Positions 43,633 through 52,366 of a stretch of 64,000 nt of DNA are shown here, piece by piece (the stretch's first letter is position 1; each line of letters opens with the position of its first letter). The stretch is from an uncultured Clostridia bacterium (GTDB lineage: Bacteria > Bacillota > Clostridia > Christensenellales > Aristaeellaceae): contig CAKUFA010000001.1 of assembly GCA_934647165.1 (NCBI GenBank), forward strand, positions 80,141 through 144,140. Direction: 5' to 3'. The position numbers were made by a program, and so were the translations under genes. The notes below the pieces were generated by a model. The model saw only the letters and a program-made list of their open reading frames with translations. It was not told the DNA's origin and ran no database searches.

Positions 43633-45282
43633 GTGGTCAACGGGATTCTTATCGGAATTCAAATGCTGGTGACGGTGGTGGTGGGCGTGTATTTCTACCG
43701 CCAGCTTAAACAGCAGAAAAAGGTGCAGCCCCTGGCACGGCGGGAAAGTTGCCGGGAGATGGACAAGCTCAACGCCATGCGGAGCATCCACCTGTCGGAA
43801 CCGCTTGCGGAAAAGGTGCGGCCGGCGGAATTTAAGGATATCATTGGCCAGGAGGACGGAATAAAGTCTCTCAAGGCGATTTTGTGCGGCGCGAACCCGC
43901 AGCATGTGTTGATTTACGGCCCACCGGGTATTGGCAAAACCTGCGCGGCTCGCCTGGTGCTGGAGGCTGCAAGGCAGTCGCCCGGCACGCCTTTCCGAAA
44001 GGATGCGCCTTTTATTGAGATGGATGCGACCTGCGTCCGTTTTGATGAACGAGCTATTGCGGACCCTTTGATCGGCTCTGTGCACGACCCCATTTATCAA
44101 GGTGCAGGGCCGCTTGGTGTGCAGGGCGTTCCGCAGCCCAAACCCGGAGCTGTCAGCAAAGCACATGGGGGTGTGCTGTTTCTGGATGAAATCGGCGAAC
44201 TGCATCCCATTCAGATGAACAAGCTTCTCAAGGTGCTTGAAGATCGCAAGGTGATGTTTGAATCCGCTTATTATAATCCTGATGACACCAGCATTCCGCG
44301 GCATATCCATGAAGTTTTCAAAAACGGACTCCCAGCAGACTTTCGCCTGGTGGGAGCGACAACACGCAGTCCCAGTGAAATTTCTCCGGCGCTTCGTTCC
44401 CGGTGTATGGAAGTGTTTTTCCGTGCTTTGACGCAGGAAGAAATAGCGGATATTGCATCCGGTGCGGCGCAGCGTGCAGGATATTCCATGGCGCGGCAGG
44501 AAGCGGAGACCATCGGGCGCTATGCTGCGTGTGGCCGCGATGCGGTGAACATTGTTCAAATGTGCGCAGGCCTGGCGCAACTTGAGGAGCGGAAAGTCAT
44601 CACCATGGAAGATGTGAAGTGGGTGGTGCAATCCGGCCGGTATGCCGCGCGGCCGTGCCAACAGGCGGACATAACCTGCCGGGTGGGCGCCGTGCATGGC
44701 TTGGCAGTAAGCGGATCGGGCGAGGGAACAGTGCTGGAAATCGAAGCTGTATCGACCCCGGGCACAGGCGAAGTGACGGTGACGGGCATTGTGGAAGAAG
44801 AAGAACTGGGGCAGGACGGTCATCGCATGCGCCGAAAATCCACTGCCCGAATTTCCGCCGAAAACGTGCGCACACTGCTTTCGGAGCTTGGCTTTCCGTT
44901 GGGGGCACGCAATCTGCATATCAATTTTCCTGGCGGCGCGCCAGTTGACGGCCCATCCGCAGGGGTGGCGATGATGGTTGTTGCGGTGAGTGCGCTCACC
45001 GGGCAGCCGGTGGACGGGAGCGCAGCAGTGACAGGAGAGATTTCCGTGCAGGGACGGGTGAAGCCCGTGGGCGGCGTATCTGCCAAGATTGCGGCGGCAC
45101 ATCAGGCGGGATTGCATCGGGTGTTTATTCCAGATGAAAACGCGGCGGATACGGTGCAGCTGGAAGGTGTGGAACTTGTGCGCCTGACGGATGTGCGCCA
45201 GGCATTGGAGCAGATGCTGCTGCCGATCACTGCCACGGAAGGCATCCAGGAGAAAGACGCGGTTCGAATCGCACAGGGTTAA
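43633..45282 (+). CDS. lonB: LonB-type (sporulation-associated) ATP-dependent protease
   Basis: An N-terminal transmembrane helix is followed by LSEPLAEKVRP..FKDIIGQEDGIKSLKA, GPPGIGKT and the S16 Ser motif DGPSAGVAM. This is collinear with B. subtilis LonB. The GTG at 43633 lies 8 nt after GGAGG. The track start at 43483 adds 50 unlikely codons. Confidence 0.85.
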   Translation: MVNGILIGIQMLVTVVVGVYFYRQLKQQKKVQPLARRESCREMDKLNAMRSIHLSEPLAEKVRPAEFKDIIGQEDGIKSLKAILCGANPQHVLIYGPPGIGKTCAARLVLEAARQSPGTPFRKDAPFIEMDATCVRFDERAIADPLIGSVHDPIYQGAGPLGVQGVPQPKPGAVSKAHGGVLFLDEIGELHPIQMNKLLKVLEDRKVMFESAYYNPDDTSIPRHIHEVFKNGLPADFRLVGATTRSPSEISPALRSRCMEVFFRALTQEEIADIASGAAQRAGYSMARQEAETIGRYAACGRDAVNIVQMCAGLAQLEERKVITMEDVKWVVQSGRYAARPCQQADITCRVGAVHGLAVSGSGEGTVLEIEAVSTPGTGEVTVTGIVEEEELGQDGHRMRRKSTARISAENVRTLLSELGFPLGARNLHINFPGGAPVDGPSAGVAMMVVAVSALTGQPVDGSAAVTGEISVQGRVKPVGGVSAKIAAAHQAGLHRVFIPDENAADTVQLEGVELVRLTDVRQALEQMLLPITATEGIQEKDAVRIAQG

Positions 45283-45314
45283 CGGCGGGGATCTTTCAAA
45301 TGTTGCTGTTCCCC

Positions 45315-45343
45315 TTGCAAAAGCAGGAAATATCCGCTATACT
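45315..45343 (+). promoter_or_regulatory. lon promoter candidate (TTGCAA-17-TATACT)
   Basis: The hexamers lie at 45315-45320 and 45338-45343, about 90 nt upstream of the lon ATG. Confidence 0.45.
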
Positions 45344-45435
45344 TTATCCTTGCCGGAATCAACCCATCCGGCAGGTTTTGTTGCACACAAGGGGAGAAAG
45401 CAGTCTCTCCAAAGCTGTGCCACGGGAGGAAAAGT

Positions 45436-47793
45436 ATGCCTAGAAAGAAAAAAAACGAGCTGACCATGCCGGTGCTGGCCCTCAGGGGACTGATGGTTTT
45501 CCCGCACATGGTGCTGCATTTTGACGTAGGTCGCGCCAAATCTGTTGCTGCACTGGAAAAGGCAATGACAGAGGATCAGCACATTTTTCTGGTTGCACAG
45601 AAGGATGCAGAAGTGGAAGACCCCGCGCTGGAGGATTTGTGTCATGTGGGCACCATCGCTACGGTGAAGCAGGTGATGAATCTGCCGGGTGATTCTATCC
45701 GCGTGCTGGTGGAAGGCGAGCAAAGAGGCGAGCTTCGAGCCATCACACAGGAAGAACCCTGCCTGCTGGGCGATATCCGTCCTGTGGAGGATGCTTCCAT
45801 AGGGGAAAATGTGGAACTGCAGGCATTGGTGCGTGCTACGCAGGATTATTTTGAAGAGTACGCAAAAGCAAGCCAGCGTGTGTCACAGGAAACAGTCAAC
45901 TCCGTGCGCGATGTTGATGCGCCTGAGCAAATTGCCGATATTATCGCCGCCAATGTGCTCACACGCGTGGAAGACCGGCAGAAGATTCTGGAAGAACTGA
46001 ATCTCAGCCAAAGACTGGAGAGCCTGTGCGGTATCCTTGCGCGGGAAACCGAGCTGGTAGGCGTGGAAAAGCAGGTGCAGGCCCGCATCAAAAAGCAGAT
46101 TGAAAAAAACCAGAAGGACTATTATCTGCGTGAGCACATCAAAGCCATACAGAACGAGCTGGGCGATACGGACTCCACCGATGTGGACGACCTGCGCGAA
46201 CGCATGAAAAAAACGCCCCTGAATGAGGAGGCGCGGCAGAAGTGCGAGAAAGAGCTGGAACGGCTTAGCCGCATGGCGCCAGGCACGCCGGAGATTGGCG
46301 TGAGCCGCACGTATATCGAGTGGATTCTTGATCTGCCGTGGGGCAAAACAACGCCGGACAACCTGGACCTCAAGCGTGCGCGCAAGGTGTTGGCGGAAAA
46401 CCATTATGGGCTGGATAAGGTGAAGGAGCGCATCATTGAATATTTGGCAGTGCTGCGCATGAAAAAGGATATGAAAGGCCCGATCCTCTGTTTTGTCGGC
46501 CCGCCAGGCGTGGGCAAAACGTCGATCGTCCGCTCCATTGCTAAGGCTGTGGGACGCAAGTTTGTGCAAATGTCCCTTGGCGGCGTGCGGGATGAGGCAG
46601 AAATTCGAGGTCATCGCCGCACCTATATTGGTGCGATTCCGGGCCGCATTATCGCAGGGATGAAGCAGGCAGGCACCATGAATCCGGTGTTCCTGTTTGA
46701 TGAAATTGACAAAATGTCCAGCGATATGCGCGGCGATCCGGCCAGCGCCATGCTGGAGGTGCTGGATGCGGAACAGAACAATGCTTTCCGCGACCACTAC
46801 ATGGAGCTTCCTTTCGACCTGAGCCAGGTGATGTTCATCACAACTGCTAACTCGGTAGATACCATTCCGGGACCGCTGCTGGATCGTATGGAAATCATTG
46901 AGGTTCCCTCCTACACAGAGGAAGAAAAGCTGCAAATTGCCAAGCGGCATCTGCTGCCCAAACAGATTGAGGCTCATGGCTTGCAGCCGAAAGCAGTGCG
47001 CATGAGCGATAAGGTGATGCGTGAACTTATCGAGGGGTATACCCGCGAAGCAGGCGTGCGCACGCTGGAAAGAACCATTGCCAAAGTGGTGCGCAAGGCC
47101 GCGGTGACCATGCTGGATACCGATGTGACCGAGGTGACGGTGAACAGCAATGTGCTGCATCAGTATCTGGGCGCGGCACGCTATACAAGAGAAATGCCTG
47201 AAAAGGAACCACGTATCGGCGTGGTCAACGGCCTTGCATACACCACCGTGGGCGGCGAAATGCTGGAGGTGGAGTGCGCCGTGATGCCGGGCAAGGGCAC
47301 GCTGCAACTTACCGGGCAGTTGGGCGATGTGATGAAGGAATCTGCAGAAGCGGCGTTTACCTGGGTGCGTGCGCACAGCAGGGAACTGGGGCTCAAGGAT
47401 GACTTTTACAAGGACAAGGATATTCACATTCACGTGCCTGAAGGCGCAGTGCCCAAGGACGGCCCCAGCGCGGGCGTGACCATGACCACGGCGTTGGTAA
47501 GCGTGCTGACAGGCATCCCTGTACGCCAGGATGTGGCGATGACGGGGGAAATCACCCTGCGCGGGCGTGTGCTGCCCATTGGCGGCCTGAAGGAAAAGAG
47601 TCTTGCCGCTTATCGCGCGGGTATCCGCGTACTGATTATCCCCAAAGAGAATGTGAAGGATCTGGAAGAGATTCCGCCGCATGTGCTTAGCCAGTTCCGT
47701 GTGGTGACGGCTGAACAGATTGAGGATGTGCTGAAGAACGCCCTGGTGAAGCAGCCGGGCAAGGAGAGCGACAGTGGAAATCAAAACGGCTGA
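45436..47793 (+). CDS. lon: ATP-dependent protease Lon (LonA)
   Basis: A LON N-domain, Walker [10 protein letters not shown] and the S16 motif DGPSAGVTM. The protein is 785 aa. Confidence 0.97.
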   Translation: MPRKKKNELTMPVLALRGLMVFPHMVLHFDVGRAKSVAALEKAMTEDQHIFLVAQKDAEVEDPALEDLCHVGTIATVKQVMNLPGDSIRVLVEGEQRGELRAITQEEPCLLGDIRPVEDASIGENVELQALVRATQDYFEEYAKASQRVSQETVNSVRDVDAPEQIADIIAANVLTRVEDRQKILEELNLSQRLESLCGILARETELVGVEKQVQARIKKQIEKNQKDYYLREHIKAIQNELGDTDSTDVDDLRERMKKTPLNEEARQKCEKELERLSRMAPGTPEIGVSRTYIEWILDLPWGKTTPDNLDLKRARKVLAENHYGLDKVKERIIEYLAVLRMKKDMKGPILCFVGPPGVGKTSIVRSIAKAVGRKFVQMSLGGVRDEAEIRGHRRTYIGAIPGRIIAGMKQAGTMNPVFLFDEIDKMSSDMRGDPASAMLEVLDAEQNNAFRDHYMELPFDLSQVMFITTANSVDTIPGPLLDRMEIIEVPSYTEEEKLQIAKRHLLPKQIEAHGLQPKAVRMSDKVMRELIEGYTREAGVRTLERTIAKVVRKAAVTMLDTDVTEVTVNSNVLHQYLGAARYTREMPEKEPRIGVVNGLAYTTVGGEMLEVECAVMPGKGTLQLTGQLGDVMKESAEAAFTWVRAHSRELGLKDDFYKDKDIHIHVPEGAVPKDGPSAGVTMTTALVSVLTGIPVRQDVAMTGEITLRGRVLPIGGLKEKSLAAYRAGIRVLIIPKENVKDLEEIPPHVLSQFRVVTAEQIEDVLKNALVKQPGKESDSGNQNG

Positions 47794-48406
47794 GTTTATC
47801 ACTTCCATGGCAAGCTATGGCGATTTTGCCGGGCGAGGGCTGAAGCAGATTGCGGTTGCAGGCAAGAGCAATGTGGGCAAAAGCAGCCTGATTAACTGCC
47901 TTTGCCGCCGCAATAAATTGGCGCGAACCAGCGCTACGCCGGGCAAAACACGGCTCATCAATGTCTTTCGGCTCAATGGCGAGGAGGGGTTCCATCTCAT
48001 TGATTTGCCCGGCTATGGCTTTGCCCGTGTGGACAAGCAGGAAAAGGCACGTTGGGGACAAATGATGCAGGACTATTTTCAAAAAGCGCAGGAGCTTCGC
48101 CATGTGTTCTGTCTGGTGGATATTCGTCATGAACCCACGGAGGACGATAAAACCATGAATACGTTCCTCAGGCAGATGGACATTCCCTTTACGGTGATTG
48201 CTACCAAGGCGGACAAGATCAGCCGCGGAGCAAGGCAGAAGCAGCTGGCACCCATTTGCCGTGCACTGCTTGTGCAGCCGTGGGAGATCATTTGCTTTTC
48301 CAGTGAGGATCGCACGGGGCGGGAAGAACTGCTTGCACGCATTGAAGAAGTGCTGCGCGATGAACCTGACGATGCGCAGGCGCATAGCATGGAGCAGCCC
48401 AACTGA
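47774..48406 (+). CDS. engB: ribosome-biogenesis GTPase YsxC/EngB
   Basis: G1 is GKSNVGKSS and G3 is DLPGYG. The GTG start follows AAGGAG and overlaps lon by 20 nt. Confidence 0.9.
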   Translation: MEIKTAEFITSMASYGDFAGRGLKQIAVAGKSNVGKSSLINCLCRRNKLARTSATPGKTRLINVFRLNGEEGFHLIDLPGYGFARVDKQEKARWGQMMQDYFQKAQELRHVFCLVDIRHEPTEDDKTMNTFLRQMDIPFTVIATKADKISRGARQKQLAPICRALLVQPWEIICFSSEDRTGREELLARIEEVLRDEPDDAQAHSMEQPN

Positions 48407-48816
48407 AACCATGGGCTGTGGGAGGTCTGTTCCGTGATGATGCGATATGTCTATGCCCATGAGCCTGCCATGACGCGGCAGGAGGCGGCGCTGCTGTCGG
48501 CGCTGCCACAGAGAAGCACTTCCATATCTCGCCGCAGCATGCTGTGGCCGCATACGATAGAAGGGTTTATCAGCACAACGGAGCCGGAAAAGAGGGCCGA
48601 CACGAACGTCTCAACAAGGCGGGGCAGCGTGGCAGGCCGCGCCATTCTCACAGCAGCAGGTATTTCGCTGCCGGGGGTCGAAGGAATGCGCCGTGGCTTG
48701 TGCACCTATTGGGATAGGCAGCGCAGCGCGGAACAGTGGTGCGCATATCTGCAATAACGGCAAAAGAAAAGGGCTGCTGACAGGAGAAGCTCCATCAGCA
48801 GCCCTTTGGTATGCAC

Positions 48817-49542
48817 TTACCGTACAAAAATCTGCGTTACGTACACATAGCCGTTTTTATCCATGCATACGCCGATGCCAACCTTTGTCCAGGAGGAAGA
48901 GAGAATGTTGCGCCTATGCCCTTCGGAGGACATGAAGGCCGCCTGCGCCTTGGTGATGTTCGCATGATGGGCGATGTTTTCCCCGGCAGCGGTGAAAGTA
49001 TATCCGAAACGATCCAACATATCGCTCACGCGGCCATAAGTGGGCGATTCATGGGCAAAGTATCCTTTGTCCCGCATGTCTTCGGATTTGAGACGCGCCA
49101 GACGGGAAAGCTCCGGATCAAGAGCCAAAGCGGACAATCCGTTGCTTTTTCGGTCGGAATTGAGCAAATTCCATGCGTTTTGCTCTTGCACAGAGATGGA
49201 AACGGTAGTATAATCTTCATCCATGGAAGGGGACTTCGTTGGCTGCGCGCCTGGCGCGGCGGTGGGCGCAGGCGCTTCTTCCGTGGGCGCAGGTGCAGGC
49301 GTGGTGGGATTTGCCGGTTCTTCTGTGGGACAGAGGGTTGATGCGGGTGTGTTTGTTGCCGCTGCTGTGGGCAAAACAGGAGCTTGCGTGGGGACGGGTG
49401 TCATTACCGGTTCCGCACAGTTCGTTTCCTGCCGATAGGGCCAACCGCGATAACCGAATTGGGAGGTCGGAACTTCCGCATGAGTGGGCAGGGCGGCTGT
49501 TAGCAGCATCGCGGCTGCAAGGATTGCAGTTTGCTTTTGCAT
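48817..49542 (-). CDS. CAP/SCP (YkwD-like) domain protein with a Pro/Thr/Ala-rich linker, secreted
   Basis: The ATG at 49542 follows GGAGG, and a signal peptide is present. The C-terminal part reads NSDRKSNGL..L..D..L...A..KS.DM....F.H.SPTYG...GENIA...H..N. Confidence 0.8.
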   Translation of the reverse strand: MQKQTAILAAAMLLTAALPTHAEVPTSQFGYRGWPYRQETNCAEPVMTPVPTQAPVLPTAAATNTPASTLCPTEEPANPTTPAPAPTEEAPAPTAAPGAQPTKSPSMDEDYTTVSISVQEQNAWNLLNSDRKSNGLSALALDPELSRLARLKSEDMRDKGYFAHESPTYGRVSDMLDRFGYTFTAAGENIAHHANITKAQAAFMSSEGHRRNILSSSWTKVGIGVCMDKNGYVYVTQIFVR

Positions 49543-49560
49543 GTCGTTTGTACCTCCAAG

Positions 49561-49648
49561 AGTATAGTTACGAATGTATTTCAATTCGTAACTATACTGT
49601 AACATTTGTGCCTGCCATTCGTCAAATGAAATGGCAACCTGTTGCCAT
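49561..49648. promoter_or_regulatory. two perfect palindromes in a divergent intergenic region
   Basis: AGTATAGTTACGAAT-8 nt-ATTCGTAACTATACT lies at 49561-49598. ATGGCAAC-CT-GTTGCCAT lies at 49631-49648. Confidence 0.5.
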
Positions 49649-49702
49649 GGAAAAAATAAGCTGGTTTTCGGGTTCCAAGCCCGGGAAAGAGGAGGATCAT
49701 CC

Positions 49703-50116
49703 ATGAAACTGATTAAGTGCCCCCGTTGCGAACTGAATTACATCACTGAAAATGAAAAATACTGCAAGGTTTGCCTGCGGGAGATGAAGGGCGAAACGCC
49801 CAAGGACGAAGTGGAGCTGTGCAGCGTGTGCAATGAGGCGCCTGCATTGCCCGGCAGGGATGTATGCCTGTTCTGTCTCAAGGAGATGGGCGGTGACGAC
49901 GGGCATGGCCACAATGAGGAAACCGAAGAACCGGTGGATTCTTCCACCATTGCCGCAATGGATTCCGTGAGCACAATGGATGAAATCATCCCGGAGATTG
50001 ATGATGATATTCCTTCCCAGGAATACGGCGAGATAGAGAACGAGCTGAGCCTGGAGAGCGTCCGTGAAGACGAGGAAAACCAGGACGACGACGATGAGGA
50101 AGAGGATGACCAGTGA
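49703..50116 (+). CDS. zinc-ribbon protein with a poly-acidic C-terminal tail
   Basis: CPRC...CKVC and CSVC...CLFC are followed by EDEENQDDDDEEEDDQ. The ATG at 49703 follows GAGGAGGA. Confidence 0.6.
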   Translation: MKLIKCPRCELNYITENEKYCKVCLREMKGETPKDEVELCSVCNEAPALPGRDVCLFCLKEMGGDDGHGHNEETEEPVDSSTIAAMDSVSTMDEIIPEIDDDIPSQEYGEIENELSLESVREDEENQDDDDEEEDDQ

Positions 50117-50149
50117 CCGCTGCGATGCTGAGTGAGGAAGGAAGCACGA

Positions 50150-50857
50150 ATGCGCCTGTTTGCCATTGGGGATTTGCACCTGCCCGGGGGCGAGGAAAAG
50201 CCCATGGATATTTTCGGCGCCCATTGGGAAAACCACTTTGACCGCATTTGCGCTGACTGGTGCGCCAGGGTGAATGAGGAAGACGTGGTGCTGATTCCAG
50301 GGGATATTTCCTGGGCGATGCAGCTGCGCGCTGCGCTGCCGGATCTCGCGGCCATTGGTGCCTTGCCGGGGCGCAAGCTGATGATTAAGGGCAACCATGA
50401 TTATTGGTGGAGCGCAATCGGTCAGGTGAGAGCCAACCTTCCTGCAGGCATGCAGGCGCTGCAGCACGATGCGGTGGAAACGGAGCAGGCGGTGATTTGC
50501 GGTACCCGCGGCTGGCTGCTTCCAACAGGAGACGCCGGCTTTTCTGAAGAGGATAGGAAAATTGCCAACCGGGAGCTGATGCGGCTGGAAATGTCCCTGA
50601 AAGCAGCGGTGGCGCTAAAGGCTGACAAACCCCTGGTGGTGATGACACATTTTCCTCCCTTGCTGGATATGATGCGGGATACGGAGGTGACGGCGCTATT
50701 GGAACGCTACCCCGTGCACACGGTTGCGTATGGCCATCTTCATGGCGCAGGCATCCGCGCAGGCTTTAACGGCATGCATCACGGCATTCGCTATTGTTTG
50801 ACTTCTTGCGATGCGCTGGATTTTCGCCTTGCGGAACTCCCGTTGACAGAAGCGTGA
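50150..50857 (+). CDS. metallophosphoesterase family protein
   Basis: The GDLHL, GDISW, GNHDYW and GHLHG motifs are present. The ATG at 50150 follows GAGGAAGGAAG. Confidence 0.8.
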   Translation: MRLFAIGDLHLPGGEEKPMDIFGAHWENHFDRICADWCARVNEEDVVLIPGDISWAMQLRAALPDLAAIGALPGRKLMIKGNHDYWWSAIGQVRANLPAGMQALQHDAVETEQAVICGTRGWLLPTGDAGFSEEDRKIANRELMRLEMSLKAAVALKADKPLVVMTHFPPLLDMMRDTEVTALLERYPVHTVAYGHLHGAGIRAGFNGMHHGIRYCLTSCDALDFRLAELPLTEA

Positions 50858-50927
50858 GCAGGCAGAAAAAAAGTTTGTTACGTTTTGCAAACATATTATG
50901 CGTTGAATACAAAAATCAAGCAGAAAG

Positions 50928-50959
50928 AACGTTCGCCCAAAAGGCGAAACGTTTTTTTT
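50928..50959 (+). terminator. rho-independent terminator
   Basis: AACGTTCGCC-CAAAA-GGCGAAACGTT is followed by TTTTTTT. Confidence 0.7.
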
Positions 50960-51084
50960 ATGCCTTAAAACACGTGGCGTTGAATAAGAACAGCTTTGGG
51001 GAAAATGAAAAAAGTATGACAAAATATCGTTTTCTAATGCAACAAATAAGCGCGTAAAAAGAAAAGAGAAAACTGTCGCACCCC

Positions 51085-51148
51085 TTGCAAAGAAAGAAAA
51101 GGTGGGTTAAAATGGAGATCGTAGGATAAAAGCGTGGGTGAAAGTGGA
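51085..51148 (+). promoter_or_regulatory. dcw (mra) promoter TTGCAA-17-TAAAAT with GTGG[GA] direct repeats (candidate MraZ boxes)
   Basis: The hexamers lie at 51085-51090 and 51108-51113. AAAGGTGGG is at 51102, AAAGCGTGGG at 51134 and AAAGTGGAA at 51144. Confidence 0.5.
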
Positions 51149-51153
51149 AGGAG

Positions 51154-51714
51154 ATGAACCGGATGGATGAAAAGCAGCCAATCGATCCGTCTGGCGATTG
51201 CTCTGTCCACAACCAAAGCGCGGAGGATGCCGCTCTTTTGGAAAAATACAACAAGATTTTTATCGGCGAGTATTCCCACAGTCTGGACAGCAAGGGGCGA
51301 ATTATTGTGCCTTTGGCGTTCCGTGAAGGACTTGGGGATACGTTCTATATTGGTCCGAGCTTTAACTTTGAAAGTATCGCGTTGTACCCCAACCTGGTGT
51401 GGGCAAAACTGCGGGACGGATATGCAAAGATCAGCCGGTTTGACAGCGGCTTGAAGCGATACCTGGAGCAGTTTGACGCACTATGTTATCGCGGACAGGA
51501 GTGCGATTCGCAGGGGCGTATCCTGTTGCCTTCCCGCATCCGGCAGCGGATTTTGGGAGAGGAAAAGGATGTAACCATTGCAGGTAATAATGATTTCGTT
51601 CGCATTGTGGCGCGGCCTGCGGGCGAGGAGCAGTTCGAGCAGTTCAAGAACGATCTGCCGGGCTTGCTGGATCGCATCGACCTGCTGATGCAGAACATGG
51701 AGCATGGTTCTTGA
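51154..51714 (+). CDS. mraZ: transcriptional regulator MraZ (start uncertain)
   Basis: FIGEYSHSLDSKGRIIVP and GRILLPSRIR are the two SpoVT/AbrB-like halves. The canonical N-terminus would begin near IFIGEY. An alternative TTG at 51238 follows GGAGGA. Confidence 0.85.
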   Translation: MNRMDEKQPIDPSGDCSVHNQSAEDAALLEKYNKIFIGEYSHSLDSKGRIIVPLAFREGLGDTFYIGPSFNFESIALYPNLVWAKLRDGYAKISRFDSGLKRYLEQFDALCYRGQECDSQGRILLPSRIRQRILGEEKDVTIAGNNDFVRIVARPAGEEQFEQFKNDLPGLLDRIDLLMQNMEHGS

Positions 51715-51735
51715 CCCTGGAAGGAGTGAATAGAC

Positions 51736-52332
51736 ATGATGGCGCAGGGGGCGTATGTGGAACGCTCTCGCCGCGGGGCGAAAATGAAAAGACAGGATAT
51801 GCGGAAAGGAACGGTTAACAATACCACCCGCGGCCGCATGAATGTGTGCGTGGACGCAGTAGAGGATGCCAGCGAATGGTATGGCCGCGGCGCAGAAGGC
51901 GTTTTGGGACTGGGCTTTTCCGGTAAGCTACGCCAACCGGTGACGGATACCGCCTATGTGGAGCCTGCACCGGTAATCAGCCACAAGGGCGTGAGGCACA
52001 ACTGGGGTGTGGTGATGATCGCGCTGTTCTGTTTTGTGCTCGCACTGTCACTCATCATGGGTATGGTGGCTAATCAAAGCCAGCGCAATGCCGTCAATAA
52101 CCTGACGCAGAGCATTGCCAGCCAGAAAAGGCTCAATGAAGTAAAGGAGCAAACCCTGGCTCAAAAAGCCAGCGACATCAACGTGGGCTACCAGGCGGCG
52201 CAGATGAACATGATTCCTGCCAAGTCGGTGGATGTGATTTCAATCACGCTGCCGGCAACGGTGGCAGCACCGGTGACGCTCACGGGAGATGTGATTGGCA
52301 GCGATAAACTGGCTGCCATTCTTGGAGAATAA
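51736..52332 (+). CDS. ftsL: FtsL-like bitopic cell-division protein
   Basis: It has a single transmembrane helix (WGVVMIALFCFVLALSLIMGMV) followed by a short coiled-coil-like segment. It sits between mraZ and the PBP gene. Confidence 0.55.
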   Translation: MMAQGAYVERSRRGAKMKRQDMRKGTVNNTTRGRMNVCVDAVEDASEWYGRGAEGVLGLGFSGKLRQPVTDTAYVEPAPVISHKGVRHNWGVVMIALFCFVLALSLIMGMVANQSQRNAVNNLTQSIASQKRLNEVKEQTLAQKASDINVGYQAAQMNMIPAKSVDVISITLPATVAAPVTLTGDVIGSDKLAAILGE

Positions 52333-52366
52333 CACTTTCATCATCATTGCGTGAGGAGGTCGGGGC

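Noticed and set aside
42149-47808. Long minus-strand ORFs opposite clpX, lonB and lon (42149-43537, 43606-45117, 45883-47808)
   Set aside because: These are shadow frames of highly conserved plus-strand genes. They have no motifs and no RBS.
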